A DNA stretch of 64,000 nt, taken from the NCBI GenBank assembly GCA_977017575.1, contig CDRNVI010000046.1, forward strand, positions 62,001 through 126,000, given 5' to 3'. How positions within the stretch are numbered: position 1 is the first letter of the stretch; every line of letters begins with the position of its first letter. This document shows, piece by piece, positions 11,301 through 22,286 of this stretch. The translations under genes were made by a program, and so were the position numbers. The notes below the pieces were generated by a model that made no database searches, was not told the origin of the DNA, and worked only from the letters and a program-made list of their open reading frames with translations. The stretch comes from Paramoeba atlantica (lineage: Eukaryota; Protista; Discosea).

Positions 11301-12892
11301 TGTGTTGTTGAAGTAGTTCATGCCTTTTCTTGTGTAAGGGATCGTCGCGGTTCGGTGCCGGGCAATGATTCGTTGCTTCTCCGGAGATATTCGTGGTATT
11401 TCTTGCATGCGTGGAAGATTGCAGTTGAGAGAGAGGCCCGTATATCTTGCAGCATCGGTGGGCGCATGAGAGCTTTTCTCGGCATGTGTGCTTGCAGGGT
11501 CCTTTTCCCCCCGCACCTGGGTACCCAAATGTAACACAAGTCGTACTGGGTCGCGCTGCGTGATTCGTGCTTTGATCTGGCTGTAAACTCGCGCTTTTAG
11601 GGGCTTCTTTGACGTCATTCTTCCTAGATATGTGCTTTGCTTCGTAGTGCTTCATAGTGCTGCGGTACTGCCAGTCACGCTCGGGGTCCTGTGTGGGGTC
11701 GTATCCTGACTGCATCGATCTCTCGCTTTTCTGTACTGCCTCGTTGACAGGGGCCCCTGCTTTTCTACCAGTTGCGAAAGCTTCACAGAGCTCAGAGACC
11801 CTACTAGTTGCCCATCCTGCCAGCACTCCGACCTTTTCCAGAAAGGTTGTATCGTCATCATTCATGTCAGGAACTGGATTCAGGGTGGGCAGGTCGTTCA
11901 CTGGGCCTTTGTACTGTGATGTTGCCGCTTTCTCTGCTCTTGACTGCGGGTTTCGCCGACTTCTAGTGGGCATGTCTGTGGCCTTCGGGGAGTGACCAAG
12001 TTCGCGAGTCGAGCTTCTCAAGTCCCATTTTAGCGTTCTGCCGGTGGTCGAGTTCAAATTCGTTGTGTCAAGGGTAGAGGTGCTTGCAGGTTCTTGATTG
12101 TGGGTAGGTCCAAATATTTTGCAACACTTGTGCAGGCACGTTACCTTGCTAGAGCATTTGTGTCTGCAAGGTCCTTTGAGAGGTTCCACGGTCTGTGGTT
12201 CGTTGGGTTTCGTAGAACGTGGCTTCGCAATTTGGAAAGGTGTGCCCTCTACTCTTTGTGCCGGTTGGTATGGTGTAATTTCGGTGTTGGAGTTTGTGTT
12301 TCGGGTAATTTTGATGGTAAACTTTTCAAGCCCCGGTACTTTAGCCCCGCTCACGGACTTCAGGACTGCTTTGCCTAGGGCGTTCGGGCTGGAGTACGAG
12401 TCGCTGATGCTAAGGTGGGGGTCATTGAATAGGGAAGTCCAGCTGGCGTGGTAGTACTTTTCCGATGGGTGCGAGTTTCTGCTAATTTCAATGTAGTCGC
12501 AGGCATGGTGATGTATTAGTTCCTCGAGTGTAGCTGCCTCTATTACCAAATCATGTGGTGTTCCCTTGCCGTTGAGGGCCTTACTAAGTGCAGCTTCAGC
12601 ACCTTGTTGTGAAGCGATGCGTTGTCTCACGAGGTGACTAAGACAAGCGGACTTTATGTCGGGGTAGTAGTTCCAAAGCATACTATCCATCGTGCGTATT
12701 TTGACGGGTCGTGCCCGGCTCTGGATGAAATGCAAAGACTGTTTCCGCGCAACGCCGGGTCCTTGAGGAAGGCCTGGTGTTGCATTTTCCTCCTGTGTGG
12801 CGGTTCTGGTTGTCATGGAGGTTTCATACAGTTAGTACCAAGTAGAAAAATTAAAATAATTCGACAAGGTACAGAAACTGTATCTTTATTAT
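8362..12892 (-). mobile_element. Non-LTR retrotransposon with restriction-like endonuclease (R2/NeSL/HERO-type); ORF 8362..12816, 1484 aa
   Basis: RT motifs SSPGQD, QKGF, DLRNAFGS, GVLQGDTLSP and YVDD. C-terminus has the CCHC knuckle CVVC..HVISGC, RHD, and the RPD..IVELTVPWE endonuclease motif. Confidence 0.95.
12865..12892 (-). other. Spliced-leader (mini-exon)-like sequence
   Basis: The minus strand reads ATAATAAAGATACAGTTTCTGTACCTTG, containing GATACAGTTTCTGTAC, the conserved core of kinetoplastid SL exons. It is followed by TCGAA, not the GTATG intron donor. Confidence 0.8.
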
Positions 12893-12923
12893 ATATGTAT
12901 ATACTATATATATATACTATATA

Positions 12924-13975
12924 CAGGGGTGCGGGTCTAAAGGTGGGGGGGGTCTAAAATTCGTAAAAGTTGTCCAATTTTGGAAAATAATAGCGCATTG
13001 GATAGCTCTCACAGAGTTGTATGTTTTAGGCGCATTAAAATCCTGTGATTTTAACGTACATATTTTTTGATACCACATTTCGCTTTTTTCCCTCGCAGGA
13101 ATTACATTTTTTACTAGAAAATGCCCCAAAAGCGCGCTCGCTCGAGGACTTCCCGTGGAGTACTGAGCGATAGATCGTATTCTTCCCCCGCCCCCGTCAA
13201 AGAGAGTCACCGCATGCTTTTGGTGGCGGAATACGAGCGCACAGGATCGTACTCCGCTACGGCGCAGCACTTTGGTGTTCATGAGAACACTGTAAAACGT
13301 TGGGTTGAACGTTTTACCCTTACGGGTGACGTGTTAACGGCATCCCGAGAGCGTGTCTCGACGGTGGTTACCCCTGCGTTCCTGGATGTGGCTCTCAAGC
13401 TTGTCGACGAGGGGTATCGCGACCTTGTTTACGGCGTAGAGAGCTGGAGCGATCTTCTGCGAGAGATCCGTAGCCAAGGATTCACCTGCAGTCGACGGAC
13501 CCTAGTCGACACATTGAAGAAGCAAGGCGTTGTGCTCCGCACTCTTCGGCGACGACCATCACTCACACTCGAACACAAGGAGAAACGGTTGCAATTTTGT
13601 AAGGCGATGCTCGAGAAGAGCGACGCTCAACTCCTTCATTTTGTTTATTGTGACGAAAAGAAGTTTACTTGCGGTCGTGGGCGTTCCGGGCGAACTTACC
13701 TTTGTCGGAGGACGGACCCCCATAAGGAACAACGAGGCGAGCTAGAATCATGGTACGGCGGAAATGGGATTATGGTTTGGATGGGTGTGAGCCTCAAACA
13801 CGGATTCCATCTCCACATTTTCCCTCCTCGAAATTCAGAAGGCCAGAAACTCACCGTTACGGGTGAAATTTTTGATCAGGCTATGAAAAAGCCACGGGGC
13901 TTTCTTCAATATTTAAAGCGACATCCAGCGGCCACGATTGCCATGGACAACTGCCCGGCCCACAACAAGGCGCGT
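12924..13975 (+). mobile_element. Tc1/mariner-like transposon copy A, 3'-truncated (ORF from ATG 13121)
   Basis: Left end TA|CAGGGGTG.. resembles the TIR of copy B. It has the HTH, YCDEKKF and AMDNCPAH motifs, but coding breaks right after the second Asp, so there is no catalytic Glu or right TIR. Confidence 0.9.
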
Positions 13976-14075
13976 AGTATATATACTATATATATATACT
14001 ATATATACTATATATATACTACGCGCCTTGTTGTGGGCCGGGCAGTTGTCCATGGCAATCGTGGCCGCTGGATGT
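13921..14075. repeat. Perfect 65-bp inverted repeat with a 25-nt TA-rich loop
   Basis: 13921-13985 is the exact reverse complement of 14011-14075. Confidence 0.95.
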
Positions 14076-14336
14076 ATATACTATATCTTTATAGGGGATT
14101 CTTCATCTCAGATGAAAGGCAGAAACGCCTTCAAGGGCGAACTATCTCGGTCCAGCTAGAAGAACAATTCGTCCTTCGCCATCACACACGAGGATTTTGG
14201 AGAATACATTACGCGTAGACACACCGAAACACTTCCTTCAGTGTCACTTCAAGAGCCTTTTCTTTATGTATAAAGTTGCTAGTCTTGCCCCCCCCAATGG
14301 ACATACACGATTCGCGTACCGGGTAATATGCACCTA

Positions 14337-14653
14337 CCGTATACCCCCCCAGTAAGATACCCCCCCAGTAAGAGAGATTTGGCCCTTTTTGGGCTGACCC
14401 CCAGTAAGAGAGATTTGGCTCGGGAGCCCCACAGGGGGCGTATAGGGGGTAGGGGGTGGGTGTCTGCATGTTGGGGGCCTCGGGGGTAACTCAAAGAAGC
14501 GTTTTAACACGTTTTCAGAAGAAAAAATAGAAAAAATAGTCAAAAAAGTTGGGAGAAAAGAGGAAACTGGCCAAAAAAGCATACCCCCCCCAGTAAGAGA
14601 GATTTGGCCATTTCGACCCAAAACCCATTCTCTTACTGGGGGGGGGTATACGG
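14337..14653. mobile_element. 317-bp MITE with TA target duplication
   Basis: Ends read TA|CCGTATACCCCCCCAGTAAGA ... TCTTACTGGGGGGGGGTATACGG|TA. Internal CCCCCCAGTAAGAGAGATTTGG repeats are present. Confidence 0.85.
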
Positions 14654-16128
14654 TAGTATAGAGGCGATGCCGCGTTTCATACATACCCCCCATTATTCAC
14701 GAAAAAAAGAGATGAGAAGCATGCCTTCATGAGAAGCACACCTCCCCAATCCCTGGTTCACCTTTGCTCCCGCCTGGATGATTTCCTTATGACCGCAATA
14801 GAAGCAACTATCTGTCCCCTCGACGAGTCAGCGCGATCCCAAGTGCAACGTATGAAGCGGGGGGCCCGGCCTCAGATCCGCAGCCCAACGCGCCACAGCG
14901 GCTTACGTTACATCCGTCGCCTTTGCCGCTGAAAAAGATTTTTGTTTTTTTCTTTGTTGGGAGGCTGTAACTTCTCTACTCGATCCCCCAACTCTCCATG
15001 CGAGAAAGCTATCAACGCATCGTACTTCTATAGGAAGAGAAAACACCCCTCGCCAGGAAATGATCCCCCCCTCGGACGAGTCTCCCGGACAAACTCTTCG
15101 AACGACGTTCCGCACTGCGAATACGCCCGCGGACGCTTATCGACGCATTCTCCACCCCACTCTATGGTTCGAAAGTTTGCCACAGGGGTCGCACAATTGA
15201 TCCTTAATCTCATCACATATCGTGGTGGGTGGCTGGGTGCGGAGCACGTACGAGACGGCTTTATTAGCGAAGCCGGCCTGGAACTTCGTTCTGTTGTTGC
15301 CTCACACGACGAATTCAATTCGTCTGATCCTGAAGCTGAATGCAAGGCATTTTGGAATTTTTTTCCGATATACCTGATTTTTGCCATATTCTGCCGTATT
15401 CTGCCTATCACCACCGACCGGCCGCCCCCCCTCTAATAGTCCACGTTTTGAAATTTAGCCGAGGGGCTGTTATGTATTAGCCTGCTGGCCCTGCGGGGCA
15501 CATAATTTCTTCAATGATTTGTGTTCTATAATTACATGGATTGGATATTTTACTATTTCTTATACAGTATGCAAAAAAACTGTTCACATGTTTGACACTT
15601 TTTTGTTGCTGGTGTTTCCCTGTGGCCAGGTGTCGTGTGCATTGAAGTAGTATATCAGAGTAGAAAAAGTAGTATAAAAAAATGTCGTAGAATGGTAGCT
15701 GAGGTCTCAAACTCTCCAAATGCGTTTTTGGAGTCGATTTTGGAAAAATAATATTTTTACTTCTTTTTGGGCCAAAAAAATATTTTTTGGTCATCCCAAA
15801 AATTTCGGAATTTTTGACCTTGTAGGACCCCTCCCGCGCGTACCAGGGGGGGTACCCCCAGGTGGGGGGGTGGAAAGTCATCGCCGCGGCCTACTCTACC
15901 ACTTCCCTGCGCTCGATTTCGAAAATCAAGATTTTAAAAATTTCAAAAAACGACGTATGCCCCCACTGGGCCCCGCCCCATGGACCCCCCATTTTTTTGA
16001 TTTTTCGATTTTGGACCAGCTCTTTTATATTTTTTTCTTCTATTATATTACTGTGTTTATATTTTCACTGTTTTTGTTTACTTTTTTTTCAATAATCGAG
16101 GGTAGAGCTGTAGTTATACAACCACCAC

Positions 16129-16186
16129 AATAATCCGTATTAAAGGGGGGAGGTCAGGGGGGTCCGTATGAAAGGGGGGGTCACAG
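16129..16186. mobile_element. Right terminus of a pogo-type MITE (left end not found)
   Basis: TCCGTATTAAAGGGGGG..GGTCCGTATGAAAGGGGGGGTCACAG|TA closely matches 23339-23390. Confidence 0.7.
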
Positions 16187-16241
16187 TATACTTTCGTTAT
16201 AAACATTTTTAGTAGCTTGCTTGATAGGGCATGTGTACATA

Positions 16242-17799
16242 CAGGGGTGGGCGCCTTCAGAGTGGGGGGGTCTAAAATTCGTAAAACTTGACCAATTCTG
16301 GAAAGTAATAGCGCATTCGAGAGCTCTCAAATAGTCTGGTGTAATGGCAACATCCGTTTCCCGTTTTTAGACATTCGAGATAAATGACAGAAAAACAAGG
16401 AATTTATTTTTCCCCGAAGATGCAATTTTTCAGTTTTTTTGGCTTTTTTTAGTTTTTTTGCGCCGTTAATGCCTCAGAAACGTGTACGATCGCGAACATC
16501 ACGGTTTCCCTTCCAGAGAGATGCTTATTCACCACCTGGGAAGGTAAGGCCGTCGCATCGCATGCTTCTCGTAGACCATTACTTTCGTTCTGGCTCCTAC
16601 AATGCTACAGCACGCCACTTTGAAGTAGCGGAGAGCACTGTGAAGCGATGGGTCATTCGTTACAGCGAAACTGGTGATGTCGAAAGCATTCCCAGACGTC
16701 CGAATTTTACAGTTAGGACATCACTGTTTATCGGAGAAGCACTCCGCATAGTAGATGAGGGTACACGGGATCTTCCTTATGGTGTGGAATCATGGTGCGC
16801 TCTACATCGCGAACTTCTATCCAGAGGGTTTCAGTGTTCCAGACACACTTTGGCTCGAGCTTTAAAGCCCGATATTATCCTCCGCGTAGTTCAGCGTAAA
16901 CCACGACTAACCCAACAGCATAAAGACGTTAGAGTCCGATTCTGTAAGGACATGTCGGGCTGGAGCGAACACCAGCTTGATAATATTATTTGGTGTGATG
17001 AGAAAAAGTTTACCTGCAAGAAGTCTACCAAAAACACCTACCTTTGCCGACGGTCCGACCCTGTAAAAGAGCAGCTAGGTGAGCTGGAAGCGTGGGTAGG
17101 GGGCGATGGTATAATGGTGTGGATGGGGGTAAACATAAAGCATGTATTTCATCTGCACATTTTTCCTAATAGAGATGAGCAGGGAAATAGAGTTACTGTG
17201 AACGGGGCTGTTTTCGAAGCTGCCATGACCAAGCGTAATGGTCTTTTGAACTACCTACACAGGCACCGTGCAGTTGTTGCTATGGACAATTGCCCTGCGC
17301 ACAACTTGCCAAGGCGTACTTTTCAGCAGCAAAACGTGCGAACGCTCCCCTGGCCCGCAAAGTCACCGGATCTCAACCCCATCGAAAACTTGTGGAATAT
17401 CATGGATCAGCACAAGGATCGCATGCGACCACGCAATCGCGCAGATCTCCTCTCTTCTATCGAGAGTGCATACGAGGCACTTCAAACCGATCTCAAAAGT
17501 ACTTGCGTGAAGACCATAAAGAGTGTCTCCAAGCGCTTTCAAATCGTTATTGAGAAAAAAGGGGGAAATTGTGGGTACTGAGATTTTTTTTGGAAAAAAA
17601 GGACTTTTTCGCTTAAAAAATAAAGTTGCAATTCGTGTTTGGGACCATTCTAGCTTTCTTTGATTCCCGTAAACTTTCGCAGAGTGCTTTTTACGATTAC
17701 ACCAGACTGTTTGAGAGCTCTCGAATGCGCTATTACTTTCCAAAATTGAACAAGTTTTACGAATTTTAGACCCCCCGACTCTGAAGGTGCCCACCCATG
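16242..17799 (+). mobile_element. Intact Tc1/mariner-like transposon copy B (1558 bp)
   Basis: 104-bp TIRs (16242-16345 and 17696-17799, about 7 mismatches), TA duplicated at both ends, and one uninterrupted transposase ORF. Confidence 0.95.
16469..17581 (+). CDS. Tc1-like DDE transposase, 370 aa
   Basis: N-terminal HTH (STVKRWV), then WCDEKKF, VMDNCPAH-type and WPAKSPDLNPIENLW motifs. Confidence 0.95.
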   Translation: MPQKRVRSRTSRFPFQRDAYSPPGKVRPSHRMLLVDHYFRSGSYNATARHFEVAESTVKRWVIRYSETGDVESIPRRPNFTVRTSLFIGEALRIVDEGTRDLPYGVESWCALHRELLSRGFQCSRHTLARALKPDIILRVVQRKPRLTQQHKDVRVRFCKDMSGWSEHQLDNIIWCDEKKFTCKKSTKNTYLCRRSDPVKEQLGELEAWVGGDGIMVWMGVNIKHVFHLHIFPNRDEQGNRVTVNGAVFEAAMTKRNGLLNYLHRHRAVVAMDNCPAHNLPRRTFQQQNVRTLPWPAKSPDLNPIENLWNIMDQHKDRMRPRNRADLLSSIESAYEALQTDLKSTCVKTIKSVSKRFQIVIEKKGGNCGY

Positions 17800-17805
17800 T
17801 ATATG

Positions 17806-18669
17806 CTAGACTTCCAGACAGTCGCGATGAAACTTCGTCTTTTTATACAAATATGTAATTTCTGTGAAATTGTTGTAGCTTAAAAGAATACCAGTCACAC
17901 CAGATCTACAATAAGGGACTAACAAACGACCAGTGAATTGATTTCGCGTAAGTCTTAAGCATTTTAGCGTTCGAGGGAGTGCCGTAATGTTCAACGAGCC
18001 AGTGAGAGCATTGTTAGCCGCAAGGAGCACTCGCATGCCGTGCGGAAGCTGAGTAAGATCAACATGCCCACTGAATTTGTTCCATGTCACATCGAGTTTT
18101 GATATCTTCAACGGGAGATGAGTGAGAACCAGAGGTCCGTGAAAACGATTGCGGTCCAAAAACAGGAAGCGGAGTGTTGGTGGAAGATGACAAAGATCTG
18201 CGTCAGAATCGAACTGATTTTGGCTGAGTACCAGACGTTCCATAGAGGAGGGAAGCATGTCGAGCGCAAGTTCCCCTGAAAGTTGGTTTTCATCTGCCAC
18301 AAGTCGACTCACGCGTGACGGCAAGAGATTCAACGACAATTCACCTGTAATGCAATTTACCACCTCTAACCTTCGTCCGAGATGAAGCCACAACAAGGTG
18401 TGGGGAAGATGACTCCAAAGTAGGTTACCGTCGATGAATTTTCCGGCCCATTGCAGCTTTGTTACTTGCTTGTGGCGATCACATTGTACCCCTTCCCAAT
18501 GGCAGGCAGATAAATTTGTGTTCCACGATTGGGGACGACGTTTCATGCTCGTGTTCTGTAAAAAAGCCTCCAGGATATGCTCTGCCGGAAGCAAAGATTT
18601 GGAAACCTTGTGAGCCCTTCGTGGTGGCTGGCTGTCCGCTGAATTTAGTCCTGAAAGCAGTTGAAACAT
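17806..18669 (-). CDS. Leucine-rich repeat protein, paralogue 2
   Basis: CHWEGVQC N-cap and about 7 repeats of LPxxLxxLxLxxNxFxG. Same family as 5213..5824. Confidence 0.85.
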   Translation of the reverse strand: MFQLLSGLNSADSQPPRRAHKVSKSLLPAEHILEAFLQNTSMKRRPQSWNTNLSACHWEGVQCDRHKQVTKLQWAGKFIDGNLLWSHLPHTLLWLHLGRRLEVVNCITGELSLNLLPSRVSRLVADENQLSGELALDMLPSSMERLVLSQNQFDSDADLCHLPPTLRFLFLDRNRFHGPLVLTHLPLKISKLDVTWNKFSGHVDLTQLPHGMRVLLAANNALTGSLNITALPRTLKCLRLTRNQFTGRLLVPYCRSGVTGILLSYNNFTEITYLYKKTKFHRDCLEV

Positions 18670-19430
18670 AATGTAGGAGGCCAAGTTACCGGTGACACAC
18701 TTTTTAAGGTAATTAAAATGTATTGAGTCCAACCTTTTAGACTTTTAAAATGTACTTTTTTTAAATTAACGTAGCATAAATTAATTTACCGTCCCCCCCG
18801 TATTTACTATTTAGTACCTCGCCCCCTACTTAGTGTTTAATTTCAACGCTTAGTAGAGATTGGCCCGGCAAAGCGGCGCCGATTTTTGATAATATACCAT
18901 TTTGTCTGATCTACCCATTTGAAATAAAAGTGGAAACAGTTTCGTTTTCTTGACACGCCCCTCTCAGTTGTATGTCGATTGGACCTCTTTCTGGCTGGTG
19001 CAGATCAAGCCAACCACTCCCTCGAGTTGGTTCACTGACTAAACGGATCGACAGAGCCATCAAAATCTTTTTTATCCCTCTTTCTCATTGGGTGTTCAGT
19101 GCCAACTATGTTCGCCAACGATTTTTACCACCGGAACCTGTCATCGTGATTCCGTCACCTGAAGAGGTCAGCACTTCATTGGTTCAGGTTGGTACCCTGC
19201 AGCGAGAGAAAGCTGTACCCGCGAAAAAACGACGCATTCATTACCCCCCTCTAATAACTAATTACTATCACCCCCTATTTACATACCCTGGAGTAATCGA
19301 TGCAGTAAATTACTACCGGTTACTACCGATTACTACATTGTTCAGTGTAATTATCTGCTAGTCCCAAAATTTAGTGTGAGTATCACCAATTCTATATCCC
19401 GCCTTGTGGTTGTACATACAGTTGTATATA

Positions 19431-20138
19431 CTGTACCCCCTACTTAAGAGTCCTTTTTGACGGAGCCTCGGGCTGCCTGCGGCGCGAAGCGCCGCCAGAT
19501 TTTTTTGATTTTTGATTTTTTTCTATTTTCTATGATTTTTTAATGTTGTCTGCCCATTGCGTTTAGTTGCGTTTTTAATATTTCCAAGCTATTTATACTT
19601 GATAGTACTCCGAGGAAGGAGTAGACTACGGGCAGGCATGGGACACAACCATCCTCCTCAACCCCCTTCAACTCTCTCGCGAACTCATCGAAGTTCTCCT
19701 CCCCTCCGATCACCCTCCTCACACGAGAACGGCAAATCTGCCGACCAACCCCCTTCATCTATCTCCCCACCTAACCAAGGTAACCTTCCGTTACCCCATT
19801 CCGGTAGCCAACCTCGTTCTCTTCTATCCCAAGTGTGCGCGGTATTGCATTACGAATATCATTATATTCTCCTGCATATCAAGGGTCATATTTTGAATAT
19901 ATATGACAGTTTTTTTGAACATGTACCTCTGTAGCACGTGGGGTACAGACGCCAATCTTCATTAGACAAAAATAGAGAATAAAAATAGAGTAAAAAAATA
20001 TAAACAAAAAAGGAACCGGCTATATAGAAATTTTATGAAAAAATGCTGACCCCCTACTTAAGAGTCCGAAAAATTGTGACCCCCCCCACTTAAGAGTCCA
20101 AATGCCCAAAGTCGGCGGACTTAAGTAGGGGGGGACAG
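19431..20138. mobile_element. 708-bp MITE with TA TSD inside the left arm of the hAT
   Basis: Ends read TA|CTGTACCCCCTACTTAAG ... CTTAAGTAGGGGGGGACAG|TA. Extra CCCCCTACTTAAGAGTCC-type copies lie at 20048-20100. Confidence 0.8.
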
Positions 20139-21672
20139 TATGTATTTCATGGTCGAAATGACAATAGTCTTGTAATTTCTACTCTCTCCATTGTTCAGTC
20201 ATGATGCGGCGGGGCACGAGGAAGCGCGTGCGGAAAAGTAGAGAATCTGAATCGGTGGCTGGAGGAGGCGAAGCTGTTGACGTGGGTGGAGAACCTGAAT
20301 CCCCAAGAGTCACCCAAGAGCAGCGTTCTAATCCTTCATGGCGTGTGCGCAGGGAATTGTCGAGGGCACTGGGGCAACGTTAGAATGAATCTCCAACACA
20401 GGCAGCAGTAACTACTTCAGGATTGTTAACTCCGAATTCACGACAATTAACATGAGCACGTACGGGAAATGTGGATGATCCTTTGAGATACGGAGAGCGA
20501 TCCTCGTTTTTTAAGTACGAGCTTTGCAATTTCTCTAATTCTGAAAACGAAAATGATTCTACCAGCGCATGCCAGAAAGAACTTGAAACACGCACCGACA
20601 TTGGGACATACCTGCAAGACGCAGCAAACCAACGACGTCATGCAATCTGCCTGTACTGTGGCGCTGTTTTTCGCAGCCGTTGCACACAGACTTAGAGGGC
20701 TGAAACCTGGAGGACCCTGTCACTTATCAGGTGGGATCGGGTGGGATCGGTCGGGATCGGCGCTTGAGTGGCTTCTTAAGATACCGTATTTTTTACTACT
20801 TTGACCTTTTTTCTATCACTTTTTATTCTTTATTAGGCTTTTCGTTAAACGTAGTGGTTGTTTTCAACTTAGATGACACCACTGCTGCGCGCTTCGCCTT
20901 GAAACTACTTTATCGAAGAGACTAAAAAAATGGAGAACGATACTAAAACTGGTGAAAGTGAAGCATTATTGCGCCAAGAAAACACGTTTTTACATTTTTC
21001 AAATATTGGTTTGAACCAAGTATATTTTCTTTTAGAGTGTGTCAGATTATTAAAAATACAAACGTTTTTCACGGTTTATCACTATGAACTGCGCACAACA
21101 ACACAATTAATTAAGTTGTCTGCTGGAAGCCGAACCGTAACGCGCACTGATTGCTGGCGAGCGAGTCGCTCGCTGGGAAACGACTTGCGGCATGAGACAG
21201 TGAGATCATCGACGATCTTTGGTGCACACCAATACTGTTGAACGCATGAATGAGATGCCCAAGAAGGCAGTACGATCCCGTGGGAATGGGACCCTTGGGT
21301 GCTTTGATGAAGAAAGAAAAGATCGACCAAAGTTTAGCGGAGAAGTCGTCGATGATCTGAAGATCGGAAATAGCGGGCGAAATCCTACATAAAGTGCTTT
21401 TTAAAATCCCTTTAAGCGCTTTTTCTAAATCCTTTAAAAAAGCGAAATCAAAAGAAATAAGTACTAGCGGCCCATAAAACTAAAAAAATATCTTCATTTA
21501 TTTTTTTCCAAAAAAGGCGCAATAATGCTTCACTTTGACCCTAAAACGACAATGATCGTATCTACAACTTTGCTCGTATCAACTTTGCTTGTTAAGTAGT
21601 ACTTTACTTGTTAAGCAGAACAGTACTTGCTTTAGAGGGGGGAAAGTCCTTCAACAAAGTACTTTCAGCAAT

Positions 21673-22284
21673 TCAACCCTGAATGTATTGCATCACGCAA
21701 TTCTCCCCTATTTTTGGGATATTTAAACTAAATACTAAATTAGTATTTTTGTGTGATTCAATTTGTCCCCAAATATTTTCGATGGGGTTGAGATCAGGAG
21801 ACTTAGGGGGCCAAGCCAGCATTGTGACACTATTTTCATCAAAATGGTGAGGAGTCAAAATCATGAGGGGTCCACTCCGACAGCTCGCGGCACAGCTCTA
21901 TTCGTTTCTGCTTGTGGGCAGCCGTAAGAGCTGGATGACGGGGGACAGCGCGCAAAATGATGCCTTCACACTTTAAAGTGCGCGTGATAGAGCGCCGGGA
22001 ACAATAAAACCCTTCGGACTGAAGGGTTGACACGAGGTTCGACCATGAACGGAATTCCATAAGGCAAATCTCGCGTACCTTCATCAATGAGGGTTATAGC
22101 TCGGCTGATTATCCACGTCTCCTGTCTCCTCGTATCGCTGAATCCAACGCTTCGCAGTGTTCTCGTGACAACCTGCTTCGCGTGCGTCAGAGGTTTTACC
22201 AATTGGACGAACTTCTTCAACCCCTCAAAAGGCGTTAGTCGGATAGGAAAATGTTCTGAGCAGGGGTCAAAGTCACAGAGGACG
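21673..22284 (-). pseudogene. Tc1-like copy C, transposase remnant with several deletions
   Basis: Pieces HENTAKRWIQRYEETGDV, IDEGTRDLPYG, CSRRSITRTLK and WPPKSPDLNPIENIW are homologous to copies A and B. Confidence 0.85.
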
Positions 22285-22286
22285 TA

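Noticed and set aside
8185-12821. CATGGAGG at 8185-8192 and 12814-12821 as a retrotransposon TSD (both ATGs are preceded by CCTCC)
   Set aside because: The SL-like 5' end lies outside this repeat, so the two readings conflict. An empty allele is needed to decide.
13121-14218. 365-aa ORF as an intact transposase
   Set aside because: After the second Asp it reads through the palindrome and unrelated DNA, with no catalytic Glu.
14729-15881. ORFs between the MITEs, including an HLATGKH finger-like word
   Set aside because: Too short and without corroborating motifs; probably decayed TE sequence.
18972-19243. Plus-strand ORF continuing on the far side of the nest
   Set aside because: In silico excision reaches a stop after about 22 codons in repetitive DNA, and no family is recognised.
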